A stretch of DNA of 63,886 nucleotides, the filler included, from Parasitella parasitica NRRL 2501 (Eukaryota; Fungi; Mucoromycota), in the NCBI GenBank assembly GCA_025201805.1. It is 6 parts of 6 records of this genome, joined end to end, with 100 filler letters (N's around TTAATTAATTAA, not from the genome) between each part and the next. Parts side by side here need not be neighbours in the genome. Positions count along the whole stretch, not along the records: positions 31,669 to 56,596 come from MU619274.1; 5 more parts are not named here. The stretch is one strand, 5' to 3'. Of this stretch, positions 39,201-51,912 are shown one piece after another. The notes under the pieces were generated by a model that saw only the letters and a list, made by a program, of their open reading frames with translations, searched no databases and was not told where the DNA came from. A program made the position numbers and the translations under genes. The stretch's first letter is position 1; each line of letters opens with the position of its first letter.

Positions 39201-42005
39201 TGACTTGTCAATCTTTCCATCAGCGTTTGAAAAGACGGTATTAGTCTTGTTTAAATCAGAGTCAATGGAAGGAGGTTTGTTGTTAGTAAAGGGCAAAGAG
39301 GTGGTGTCATCGATACCAGAAGTTTCGGCATTGGAACCCTTGAAATCAATTTGAATTGAACGAAAGTCCGGATCAGCTTTAGAGATAGAACCATCAATGT
39401 TATTTTTTGAACCCTTTGGATCGGTAGATAGCTTGTCGATACTGTTTAAAATCCCAGATTTGTCAACATTGGCATTGATATTAATTCCTGATTTTTGAGA
39501 AAACACTCTAACGTCTGGTGTATCAATGGATTTATCAAGCCTTCCGTCAAAAGCAGGGACCTTCTTCAAGTCCATTTCACTGGGAGCAGCAAGAGAACTA
39601 TCAGCACTAGAAGATTTTGTACCAATTTTTGGGGAACTAATGCCTTCGCTAATTTGAGTGATATCGAGATCTGGAGAACTGACAACAGCAGGGGCTTTTT
39701 TGCTTTCAGTAAAAGAGGAATTTGCATGGGCAGTATCATCAGAAGTAGTAGGAATAGACCTAGGGGCAAGCTTGGAAGATTTTGGTCTTCCAGATAGTTT
39801 CCCATAGAAGCCAGTCTTAGCCTCGTTACTATCAGCATTATTATTGGGTTCCTGAATGCTCAAAGATTGAGAGGAAGGGTCGCTAAAATTGCTTTGACTA
39901 AAATTATTACGAACAGCAATATCACTGCTCTCAGGACTTGATGAAAAGCCATAAGCCGTGAGTTCATTCTCGTTGCTAAAAGAGCCTGTAGATGCTGCGT
40001 TCGCACTGCCAGCTGAACATGCATTGTTTAATGTTTCGATATCAACCTGATTACCTATTTTGGAAGGAAGTGAAGTGTCTTTATCAACCAAAACTTCGAC
40101 ACCTTCTTGAGATGGCAGTGTCAAAGGATTAGAGGCAGACGAATTATTTTCTTTGGTAGCAGCCTCAACACCATTGGGCACCTTATCGAGGGCATTAGTT
40201 GGGATAACACAGTCTCCATTGATAGAATTAGGATCCTCCTTGAAACCGCCATGTTCAATATCAGCATCAGTTTTGATAGCACTATCAGAACGAGATTGAC
40301 TTGAAATATCATTAAAACAGCTGGTGTTCTCTAGGCTATTAACGGGGGACAAAGAAGGATGGTAGACGCTGCGAGACCCCATTGCACAATTTGAAGCGGT
40401 AGCGTTTGAATCAGGTCTCTTGTCCTTGTCATACTCAGAAAAACTTGAAGCAGTAGCACCTGCAATACTAGCAGCTCCAACGCCAATTTGGGAAAGAGTA
40501 GAGCCAATAAATGTATTATCAGTAGCATGTTTTCCGATAAACGCAGGCTGGTCTTCAGCTTTCAAAAGTGCGTCATTTTCGCTTTTGATGTAAGGCTCAG
40601 TCCCATTGCTACCTAGACCTCCTTGGAGGAACTCGGGAACACAAGGCTTATTTTCTGATTCCCAAGATTCATTAGCTAGAGATTTGTTTTCATCAAGATG
40701 AGAGGCATCGCTCTCAGAATTAGACATACCGACGCTTGTATGAACGGCAGAAGTGGGAATGATGGCAAGCGCAATTTCATGATCAACGCGGAGGCCAGAG
40801 CTAGAGTTTGAATTGGTTGAGCCTGTGCTAAATTTTGCATCGTTATTAGCTTGGTGAGGCTTTACACCAGCACTACTCTTGGTTTTGGCGTTATTGGATT
40901 TGCCATTACTGATCCCTGCAGTAAAAGCAGTAGGAGTAGGGTGATCATCGGCTTCATCGTCGGCCAAGACTTCTCTCTCTTTATTGACAGTGTCATCCAA
41001 TTCATTAGAGTCAGTAGCAGGATTTCTCAACAGATTCAACACATTAGAATGATAAGAACCATTCAAATGATGGGATAACTTGTTGGGTCCAACATCATCT
41101 CCGTTTGAATTTACTTTCATGATAGGCTTCAATCCAGAGACACGAGTAGCACTATTCATCTGAGCTTGTGGCGATGACGATAAAGGAGAATCCAAAGCAG
41201 GCTCCTTTTCATCTCGAACAGTATCGGGTCTGCCTGGAGTGTCTCTAAAGGAAGGGTTTTTCAAGAAAACTGGTGTGGTGACACAAGAAGTTGCCATGGA
41301 TCTCCCATGAGATGATACGCGCGCATCATTGACAGTATGATCGTCAAAGTCAAAAGAGCAGGGCATTTTGTCCAGTGAATCTTTATTCAAGCTGCGGTCA
41401 GAATCTATTGAAAATTTATTAGTATGAGGTCTAAACGTAAGCTTATCTTTTCTTCATCCTACCTTTTAGCTCCTCATCAAGAGATTCAAGATAATGCTTC
41501 ATGAAATTCTCGAGCTCCTTGAAAACATGTTGCAGCTTGTCTTTACTATTACTCTGGATCTTTAACCTTTTGTCCTTCTCAACTGATTCTACAGTCTCCT
41601 TACAGCAAAGTAAAAGAGAGCTAAGTTTAGTCGGAATGTATCCAACATCTGGATAGTGAATAGTTAATAAGTAACTGAAATACACATGGAAATGTATAGA
41701 AATTACCATCATTTTTCTTCATGTGAGCAAGGTTTAATGCAGCAGCAAACTGCTCAGGTGTCAAGCGACTTTGATTAAAATGAGAAGCAAGCTCAATCAA
41801 GTCATGTTCAGGCAACCGTTGCGATTTAAAATAGGCTTTTACTTGAGCAACTATGATAGATAGTATAAATAGTTAACAAGGTAGTTCCTATATTAATCGA
41901 ATGTATTTTACCATCCAGGTATCCCAACTTGTCTCTATCCAAGTCTTTAAACTGATTGAAATAGCTTTGGGTGCTATTCAATGCATTTAATGTGGGTTGA
42001 TTCAT
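36243..42005 (-). CDS. Very large (~1,800+ aa) protein: N-terminal EH/EF-hand-like domain and long S/D/N/G-rich degenerate repeat region
   Basis: Exons 1-2 read YFNQFKDLDRDKLGYLD-VAQVKAYFKSQRLPEHDL..RLTPEQFAAALNL; 1543-aa open exon 36759..41390; last exon ends NTPSSNTP* at 36243. Confidence 0.7.
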
Positions 42006-43812
42006 GATTGTTTTTATGTCAACTTTTTTTTTTTTGTTTTATATGATTTTTTATGATAGATGTTATTTATGTAGGTTTTTATGAAAAGAAAACTAAAAAG
42101 GTAGCTATATCGAGTGAATCCATATGTTGTGCCTTATTTATAAAAAAAATGTTGGTCTAATCATGTATAGCATGAACATTGAAGCACTCTGTTTCATATT
42201 TCTGAGTTGATTTAAATATCTTTTGATAAAAAGTAAGAGACCAAACAGACAATTTTTAGGTAGAATAAAGTTGTTGAAAAGGATTATAAAGTGCGGATGC
42301 CGTATGTCTTCAGCAACGATGAAAGTTGGTTTGTTGTTTTTGCTTCAATCAAGATTTATACCATTGTACTTTGCTCTAGTTAAATTTGTGCATCTTTTCT
42401 TGGGTATTAGAAACGTCAAGTGACATGTAATACATGGAACGTTGTTTGGCTGTTGAGAACTTAAAAGCTCAGTAGAAGTAGTAAGTCCAATCAGCTAAAA
42501 ACAAAACAGATCTTTCTAAGGCGTTTCTGTGTGCTTAGAATAAATTGCGCTAAATATCAACGCTCTGAATCGCTTCCGGAAGCAGAGTTGAGGATTGTCA
42601 ATAAAAAAAGGCATTGGATTATGATTGGGTTTATCAAGTTTTTGTCCTTCTACAAAGTGTAAAAGAAGGGTTAGCGCATTGAGCTATAAAATGAGAGCAG
42701 CTGAGGCGTCAAACAAGATAAGGCCATCTCTATTCATTTTTTCTCTCTACTCTCTCATGTAAAATTACTAAAAATCGGCCAACTTTTCATGATTTTTTTT
42801 AACAAGTACATAAGATATCAACAGCAAACTCTGGAATGATGTTAAGTGCAAGTTTGAGCTCTTGATTTGGCCATAAAGGCTATGAATTATACCATCAGTG
42901 TTGTGAAATTAGTAGCTCGCATATTTAACTTTAAAAATTTTACTTCATATTATGCAAAGACTAGTTTTTACAATTCTTCAGTCATGTTCTGGCAAAACAA
43001 GCGTCCTTTTGCTTTTTTAGTGGCTGATCAACAATATCTACTAAATATTCTGCATTGGAAGCCTCTAGAAAACCTGAAAATTACATGTAATCAACGGAAT
43101 GAACACATTCCTGTCCCACTGAAAGTGAATAGACGTTTTGCACAACCAACCGTATTTCGATTGAGGCTTGCTTGATGCTTACCCAATATTTTGAACCAAA
43201 ATCCCTCTCCTCCCTCCCCCCGTCAGACTTGACGGCATTCATTAATTGAGCGCTATATTCATTATTCAGTTACATATTAGAACGTATATGATTCATTTTG
43301 CTACGGAATCGGTATATATATATATAGCAGCACATCATGTGTAACATTTCAGAAAGAGCACTTTATACATAAAAACACTCATGCGAATGCACCATTGAAT
43401 ATTTTATGCGACGATCAGTGGATTTGCTAGTTAAATCGGGTGAGCATTCTTTGGATTTTAGGCATTAATTTATATAACAGACTTAGATAAGCTAATAAAC
43501 CATAACTTAGAGGCTATTCTAATGGTAATAGGCAGTACATTTATATCACTCACCATCATTCTTCATTCTGATGACGGTGACACATAGCTGAATGCACATA
43601 ATTGCAAAGGCCTTTTATGATAGTATTTTGGCCAATGGTTGCTTGCCATCAATTCAAAAGCAAACAAGATTTCGTTATTGGTTAGAAATTGTAAAGCAAA
43701 ATGTATCCTTGCCACGTAAAATTTAAACACAGGATACTTCAAATAGTATAAAAGCACAATGAGCAAGTGTCCCTTTTTATTCTTCTTTTTAACTTTCATA
43801 CACAAAAAAAAA

Positions 43813-45188
43813 ATGAAAATCCCTACTATTGCTACTATTTTAGGCCTGGCTACCATCGTCTCTGCTGAAGTGTTCCTTCAAGAAACCTTCTCTGATGGCG
43901 AAGGTTGGAAGGATCGTTGGACTACCTCTGGACATCGCGAAGATCTTGGTAAGGTTGAGGTTTCTCCTGGTAAGTGGTTTGCTGATGAAGCATATAACGC
44001 TGGTCTCAGAACCACTGAGGACTATCGTTTCTATGCCATCTCTACAAAGATCCCCAAGCCATTCAATAACAAGGATAAGGATCTCGTCATTCAATTCGAT
44101 GTAAAGAATGAGCAAGACATTGATTGTGGTGGTAGTTATTTGAAGGTAACTATTTATGCAAATTGACGCGTATTGCTTCATATTTCTGAATTGATATATT
44201 ATAGATCTTCGGTGATTTAGATCCCAAGACCTTCAATGGTGATAGCCAATACAACATCATGTTTGGCCCTGATATCTGTGGTCCCAAGGCTATGGTCCAT
44301 GCTATTTTCAATTACAACGGTGTCAACCATGACTTAAAAAAGTCTGTCAGTGCACCCAAGGACACCTTGACTCATACATACACTCTTGTTGTCAAGCCTG
44401 ATCAAACTTACGAAATCTCAATTGATGGTAAGAACAAGGCCGAAGGCAGCCTTTTGGAAGATTGGGATTTCTTGCCTCCCAAGACCATTAAGGATCCTAA
44501 TGCCTCCAAGCCTGATGACTGGGTTGAGGAAGCCACAATTGTAGACGAGACCGATGTCAAGCCTGACAACTACGACGATATTCCTGAATTTATTCCTGAT
44601 CCTAATGCCTCTAAGCCTGAAGATTGGGATGATGATATGGATGGCGATTGGGAACCTCCTTCTATTGCTAACCCTGAGTACCAAGGCGAATGGTCTCCCA
44701 AGATGATTCCTAACCCTCTTTATAAGGGCGAATGGGTTCATCCTGAAATCGATAACCCTGAATACAAGGTTGACAATGAAATCTATGCCTATGACTTTGC
44801 CAACGTTGGTATTGATGTCTGGCAAGTTAAGTCTGGCTCTATCTTTGATAACATCATGATCACTGATGATATTAAGGAAGCCAAGAAGGCTTTTGAAGAG
44901 AGCAAGGCGCTCCGTTCCTCTGAAGAAGGTGCTCAAGCTGCTTATAATGAAAAGAAGCAGGAAGAAGCCAAAGCTAAGGCTGAGGCTGATGGTGCTGCTT
45001 CTCCTGAAGAGGGCGAAGAAAAGATTGACCTTGAAGAGTTTGAACCCGTTGTCAACTTTGATGATATTCCCGCTGCTGCTTCCGAGGCCGTTGAAAAGGC
45101 AAAGCAAGAGGAAATTTTGGATGCTATCAACGAAGAAAAGAAGGCTGAGGAAGAGGAATCCAAGAAACCTGTCAAGGATGAATTGTAA
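43813..45188 (+). CDS. CALR: Calreticulin, 2 exons
   Basis: Signal peptide, IDCGGSYLK, MFGPDICG, P-domain repeats (DPNASKPDDW, KPEDWDDDMDGDWEPP), GIDVWQVKSGSIFDN, acidic tail, C-terminal KDEL, no TM segment. Confidence 0.95.
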
Positions 45189-45491
45189 TTATTCCCTTTT
45201 TTCATGGCTAACATCTCATTACACCTGCAATTTGCCGCCTCTACGCCCTCCCTTTTCCTCTCAATCCACACAAAATGTATTTCTCTACCAAGAGAGAGAA
45301 AAAAAAATTAGAAAAAAAAAAAAGAGTGCAAGAACTCTTTTTATTTTTTTTACATAAATATCATCACTCGTCAATAGTATTGTAATTAAGCACTTAATAA
45401 ATATCGAATACATCAAAAATGTTGTTGAACAAGTTTAATTTATGCATGTTAGAATACAAAGTTGATATATACAATTATACAAGTCGCTCGC

Positions 45492-47330
45492 TTAGCCAAA
45501 GAAGCTAACATAATTCGGATCTCTGCCTGAATGAAGTGAAAAACTGTGTGCATCCTTGCATTTGATATAAATGACCCCAGACTCTGGCTTGCTTCTTGTT
45601 GCTCTTCTGATTTTCGGCTTTTCCTTCTCTCTACGACATACAAATCGACTTCCCCTTTTCAGTAGGCTGTACCAATGAACTTCTCCAAGCAGGTCCTCGA
45701 CACAGATACATATATATCCCTTTAAATACAAACATAAATACTGAAGGTCTTGGGTAGCAAAGTTGATATGATAGTCCAGAGGTCCGATAAGAGGCTGCTT
45801 GAAGTTGCAGGACAAGGTTAAGATCTTTAAATCAGGACATGATCTACCTAAATAATCCGAGAGATCAGTATTGGGTTGTCTAGGTGATGGGTTATCAATG
45901 ACGCTGCTGACAATCTCCAAACTCTCAATGACTGATTTATGCTCTTCTGCCTTGAAATTGTCACTAAGCGTCAATTTACACGTGCTTAGTTTGAGGTTTA
46001 GCAGCTTTTGATGATGATCTAGAAAGGTATTCAAAGTGATATTGAGAGGGAAATCTTGATCTTCAACATGACCTAATAACGGTGACGGTAAAAATACCAA
46101 GCTTCGCAAATTGGTGAATTTGTTAATAATGTACAACAGATCAGGTTCAGAATTTGAGGGAACCAGCACATCGAGACGTTCAATGTAGTCTTTTTGCTTT
46201 GAATTTGCAATGCTTCTCAAATGTGAAATGTGGGATGCCATTGACGAAAAGGCTTTGAGTTTGAGAGTGCCCGCTTGGTCAAATGCAGATAGGATGGCGG
46301 GCGTAAAGGGATGGATATCGACAACGTAGTATTGGATTTTCGTACAATGAGTAGCTAACTGGATGATAGCGTCTTCAAATTCAGGCTGTATATTCGGTGA
46401 CAGTTCCAGCAGTGGCTCTCCAAGGTTATCCTCCCATCTTTTCATCTTTAGCGACTCTACATTTGGGTATTTTAAGGTGATGTACCTAACCATGTGATTA
46501 CGGCCTCGGTGAGTTGTGTCGACTTCATACAATATGACGGATGTGATATTCAACGCTGGCGAGATGTCCGTAATGTCATCGTCGCTTGAATCCCATAGCA
46601 CAATAGGCGAGAAAAAGTGTAAATTCTTCAAAAGAGGAGTGTTGTCGTGTAGTTTTTCAAGAAAGTCAGTTCGAATCACTGCCTTGTGGGCGCTGAATGA
46701 CGCTAATGCTGGTGCCAGGTATAAACGGCATGCCAATTCTGGAAACGCAGTTACTCGTAAGTGCTCAAAATCGACAGTAAGTCGGCTCAAGTGCTGATAC
46801 TTTCCACCGTGAAGGATGTTTGGTGTGAGGAAGACTCTGTTGCATTCGTATAGGGCTTCCAGGTTATTCCAAATGGCAAAGTTATCTTCTGCCTGTCTGA
46901 GCATTATGGGCGCATTCTGGTTATATTCCTTTTCATCGTCATCTTCTTCTTCAGAACTTGGTATTTCGATTGGAAGCATAAAATCAAAAAATGAAATATT
47001 GAATTGTTGGTTGTGCGATCCAAAATCAAGCTTGAAATCAATCACATTTGGAAAGATGCATGGCCACTGGCGTATTTCTTTGAACGGAATCGTTTTACCG
47101 CTTGTTGCTGACAGAATCCTTACGTTTTGAGCGTACTGTTTGTACTTTTGGAAGAAGGCGATAGCGTCAAAGTAATGCTTACTGGAATAATCCAACTCCA
47201 CAGTCTTGTACAGTAGCGTGCTTCGGATGACCTGATTCCATTTCCTGCAGATACAACTTGCTGTAAACAGCTCTTGATCATTCAGATAAGATGCTATTGA
47301 AATAATTGTTTCAACTGGTAATTTGTTCAT
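45492..47330 (-). CDS. F-box protein with LRR-like/RNI-like repeats, intronless
   Basis: N-terminal F-box MNKLPVETIISIASYL...SCICRKWNQVIRSTLLY; 612-aa ORF with PNVESL/PDLKIL-type repeats. Confidence 0.85.
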   Translation of the reverse strand: MNKLPVETIISIASYLNDQELFTASCICRKWNQVIRSTLLYKTVELDYSSKHYFDAIAFFQKYKQYAQNVRILSATSGKTIPFKEIRQWPCIFPNVIDFKLDFGSHNQQFNISFFDFMLPIEIPSSEEEDDDEKEYNQNAPIMLRQAEDNFAIWNNLEALYECNRVFLTPNILHGGKYQHLSRLTVDFEHLRVTAFPELACRLYLAPALASFSAHKAVIRTDFLEKLHDNTPLLKNLHFFSPIVLWDSSDDDITDISPALNITSVILYEVDTTHRGRNHMVRYITLKYPNVESLKMKRWEDNLGEPLLELSPNIQPEFEDAIIQLATHCTKIQYYVVDIHPFTPAILSAFDQAGTLKLKAFSSMASHISHLRSIANSKQKDYIERLDVLVPSNSEPDLLYIINKFTNLRSLVFLPSPLLGHVEDQDFPLNITLNTFLDHHQKLLNLKLSTCKLTLSDNFKAEEHKSVIESLEIVSSVIDNPSPRQPNTDLSDYLGRSCPDLKILTLSCNFKQPLIGPLDYHINFATQDLQYLCLYLKGYICICVEDLLGEVHWYSLLKRGSRFVCRREKEKPKIRRATRSKPESGVIYIKCKDAHSFSLHSGRDPNYVSFFG

Positions 47331-48426
47331 GGCGAGAGGGGAAAAAAAAGAGTACTGTTTATAAACTCTTTTCGGAAGTTATCAGCCGACGTTAAATGAT
47401 TAAGCAGTGTGTTGGTAAACATTGATTTCTTGTCACATGGCATTGTCTTGTCGTTGTAACTAATGAACCTGCAATCTGTTGTATGAATCCGGCCTGCATG
47501 AGTGAATAAGCAAGAAGACAATTTTTTTCAAGGAGCAAGGCTGCAGATCCTTTGATGCGTTTGTATACAGCATTTTACTCTTAATTAGAACGGTTGATTT
47601 TTTCAACTTTTTATTGATCCCAGTCAAAAAGTTAATCAGATCATAAATATCCCTCACGTTCAGAATATGTTCAGGCATTTGTAAGATGCTCAGGTACTGC
47701 AATACGTTAATACTTGCCCAAATTATGTTATACATGTGTAATATAAATTATGGACTACTACGTGTATAGTGGATTTGAGTTTGCACTCGAGCCTTGTTCT
47801 GGCCATGTCTTATTTATGCTGCAGTTGCTTGCGGTCGCGCCTGGTTCAAGTGCTGTTCTTTTCTCTTTTTTTATCCTTACATACTTCATAATACCTTCAG
47901 GCCACAAGTTTTCATCATTTGGATCAAACGAAATCTTTATGTGGCTGTACTCGTCAACAACCTATGCCTTATGCCTTATGCCTCTGGCGGATCCAGTATC
48001 AGCCAGATCTCTCTCTTCCTCCTCGAGACTTAAGTTTAATTTGGAAACGCAATGTGGTTGCTGTAATAACTATGTTGTTCTCTACATCCGGGTGCCTAAA
48101 GGGGTATGGGTGTAGTAAACCAATAACGCCGTTGTGATGATATACTCTAGGATGAGAAGCTAGAATCTCATTAGCGCGTAGCGCCCTTTGCGGTTTAACG
48201 GACTCTGTGTCCTAGTTTTTGCATCAACCAACTATGTATTTACTCTTTTGTCTTTCCCTCACCAGGACATCTATGTATAGGACTGCAGAGTTACTTCACT
48301 AAAAAAAAAAAGGGCCATAAATAGTCATGTTTTAATTTACCAGCACCTGCGTAATAATTGACAATGAACTCTGCATGGATGCCAAATACACCTTTGTTTC
48401 TTTACCTCTCATCACAATATCCAAAA

Positions 48427-48663
48427 ATGGCTTTTTTCCAATCTGATCTTGATCCTATATATCTTCGTGAAAAGCATCGACAACTACGATCGTCGCAACA
48501 GAAAGATCAACAGCAGCAGCAGCAGCAACAGCAGCAATCTACAGTATTCCTCACTTCATCAAAAAGATTATTCCAACACCTGTTTAATACCTCTTCAGAC
48601 GACAAGAAACCGAAAACTGCTACAACCGATCCAATAAATCGGCTAGTATCCTTCCACCTTTGA
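48427..48663 (+). CDS. Small hypothetical poly-Q protein (78 aa)
   Basis: AAAAATGG start context and CAG/CAA repeat; no recognised family. Confidence 0.4.
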   Translation: MAFFQSDLDPIYLREKHRQLRSSQQKDQQQQQQQQQQSTVFLTSSKRLFQHLFNTSSDDKKPKTATTDPINRLVSFHL

Positions 48664-49991
48664 AATAACTCACAGATACCCTTACTTTACTCGCTTTCTT
48701 GCTCTTTGTCTCTCTTGCTCTTTCTTTTTGTTAGTCCTCCTTAAAATGTGCTTTGACAACAATCAACGGTCAAAACTACTATTTTTACTCTATAATCTGC
48801 TTTTTGCTATCACATTTTTGTATACAATAAACGCTTGGTTTATCTTGACACCATTATAATATCAATCCAAGACAGTATATCAACATAAAAGCTTGTGAAA
48901 CTTGCATGTAAATGAGTCAATCCCTCTATGGAATAACTATATATAGAAATCCGCTCGTAATTGAGCCACGATGATTATATATATTCTACTCCTAATTTTT
49001 AATAAAAAATTGATTTTTTTATATTAATGATACCATGTACGTCTTTTTAATGTGTCATAATCTTGGCAACGCTCATGGCATATAAAGCATTATAGAGTCG
49101 TCAGTTGCCTCATCATGAATGTGTGCGCGCGTGTATGTGTTCATGTGTGCCTATTTTAACCTTTTAATGTGTAACAAATGCTGTATGCCTTATGAACCAA
49201 ACAAAAGGGGCACATTTCTTTGTATGCACCGATGTTTGTATTTGTGTTTTATCATCTCATATACGGTATTCTGACTGTTTTGCGCACGAATTTTTCGTAT
49301 ATAAATTTTGTGTGTTTTGTCCTTTCAACAAATATTAGATAATTTTATGCGTGCTAATGATGAATCATTATACATGATATTTTTGATTTTTGATGCGGGG
49401 CACCTTATTCTCTTGTAGTCTTTTGACTAAACATTTCGCAAATCTTCCAAGGTATAAAACCGTGAATAAGCATGTACGTGTTTATCAAGGTGCTTGGTTG
49501 TTTTATTTTTTGTTTTAATACATTCTGTTGTTGTTCAAACACGTTTTAGATGAAAAGCCAATAAATACCATATACATTTCACCCTAAATATAGGTTGAAG
49601 CATGGGTCTTGACCGCATGTGGAGCAGTTGAAACTGTATAGCTGGGTAAACATGCATGTTTATCTATGCATTCTGTTGGTGAGTTATCAGCTTTCATACT
49701 TGTTGCAAAACTGTGAGTATTTTCTGTGTGATAAACCGAATCATGACAGTAATATGCACTATGAACTCGTCACATTCTTCTCGATCAGCATGCATATTTA
49801 CTAATGAGAGATATACCGTTGTTTTTGCATAACAGGCTAAATCAAGTAATTATGTAACTTGACATACGCTTATGATTGAAAACTGTAAATAGCAAGCTGA
49901 TTTGATATGTTACAATGTTATTACAATGAATTAAAGGAGGGAGGGAGGAGCAATAGATATATAGTGGGAATGCAATGCAATAATATGATAT

Positions 49992-51912
49992 TTAAAATTC
50001 AAAGGTTTCATGATGCATATCAAAATCATGCTCAACAGCCTCATTAATGACAGTGCGAGTGAACGATGTAGATCCGCATACATGCACCCAGACTCGATGA
50101 TATGGATTATGTGCTGCTTTGATCTTGCTCATTTCTGCAGATACGTCAGGACGTTTGCCAAAGAATAACGAGAAAGGCTCCAACTGGCTTAAATCATGCC
50201 GGCCTTGCTTCATTCTGGTAACATAAACAGAGACAGATAATCGAACTGGTAAAATAGCCGAATGAATAAGACTTGTCCAATGTCTGAACATGCTTATGAA
50301 AGGATCAATTTCGTCTATTTTAGATTTGTAAATATAAATGGTATATATATATACTTGTATTGTAATTTACCTGTAACACGAATAGCCCAGGTGATATATA
50401 TGTGATTTGTTGTCACGGTACGGACACCATTTGATCGTTTCTCTATAATATTTTGAACAATAGCCATTGCAGGAGTGGCGCCAATACCAGTAGCGAACAG
50501 TCCAAGAATTGGATAGTCTTGAAATGGCAATTGAGGTCCGTAGAGCCCATCAATGTATATTTTTAGCTTTTTGCTCTCAACCGAAGATGAATCAAGTAAA
50601 GTTTGAGTTTTTGTGCCCAAGGCTTTAATGTGAAATGAGGCCATGGTCACATCATCTTGCGTACTTGTTAATTTACGACGACGATGTAGGCTGCCTGGTA
50701 AGGAATCGATACTGGAAACACTGCTGTAGGATCCTTGCTTTTTTTGCAATAATTTGCTAGTTTCATCGTTGATATCTCTACCAATAATGCGTTCTTCAAT
50801 GAAATGGTGATTATATGCGCTATCACTGTGAAATACTTCAGAGATCGTAAAAGGATGCCAGTTGGCATATTCCCAGAGCTTGTTTCCGTTCAAAACCATG
50901 GCTGCGAAGACATATTGGCCGGCCTTGAAGTTTTTCAGTATCTTATTTGCGAAAATAATTCGAACTATTCCTTCTTGTTTGGCTGTTTGAGGTGCGACTT
51001 GATCGACTTGAACAAAAGTCGCTCTATTAAACCAAGATTTGTATGCTCGGACGGCTCGGTCAGTAACCCACAATAATGCTGGAGGAACAAAGAACGCAAA
51101 GCAGGTATTGTAGTGCCAGCATGTAAAGACGATGGCAATAGAGACAAAAATGACATGACACCAGTAGAAAATTTCGAAATAATGTCGTCGAATGTGCTCT
51201 AAAGATGTGAGAAACATGATGATAAAAGAAATTGTAGCAATTGTGCCTGTAACGTATTCCCAATCCTTGAAAAATGCATCAAAAATATGATGTTGCTCCA
51301 TGTATCCATCATAACTAGCATATTACGCATGAGAAAAAGACATTAATTAAAGTTATACAGCAAATACTACCATCTGTAGATGACATGGGGCATTAGATTC
51401 AAGAATCCAACCCGGGAAATGATGCGATGATAAGGTATCAACTCTTCAAGCGTCCAACCACAAAGTTTTGGTAAGATAGAATTTCTTTGAGCGAAAAAGA
51501 AGACGAATCCCCAATCCACCATGCTGAGAAAAGCAGCCCGACGGTCAATAACTGCGGGGTGATACGGATCTGGTTCGTAGGGTATAAGCCAAAAGATGGA
51601 ATACAGATTGATCAGACTAAAAATAGTAGTTGCCAGTATAATTTTAATTGATATCATCTCGGTGACATAAGGAATACGGATAACACGATCCAGCTTGCGC
51701 CAGAATTTAGCCCCTGGCAATTCGGTTACCACGTCCTGTGTATCTGATAATCGTCTCTTTCTAATGTTGTATACTCGGATTCTATTCAGCTGGTAGCATA
51801 TACAGTAAACGATAAATAACGACCACCAAAAAAACGCATAAGCCATTCCCAGCTGCCAAAAGTTGGTCCACGTTCTTATGTATGGAAATATACTTGAATG
51901 ATGTTTTTTCAT
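49992..51912 (-). CDS. Ferric/cupric reductase (FRE/NOX-like), 3 exons
   Basis: Heme-ligand histidines (PYHR, MPH, YWCH, CWH), FAD motif WHPFTIS, DGLYG, ATGIGATP, VHVCGS, C-terminal HHETFEF. Confidence 0.92.

Noticed and set aside
44418-45357. Long antisense and alternate-frame ORFs over calreticulin (similar ones over HEL2, NUP82 and the giant gene)
   Set aside because: Shadow ORFs produced by codon bias of the real gene; no independent motifs.
47750-48137. Overlapping hydrophobic ORFs upstream of the F-box gene
   Set aside because: No motifs or splice support; likely spurious.
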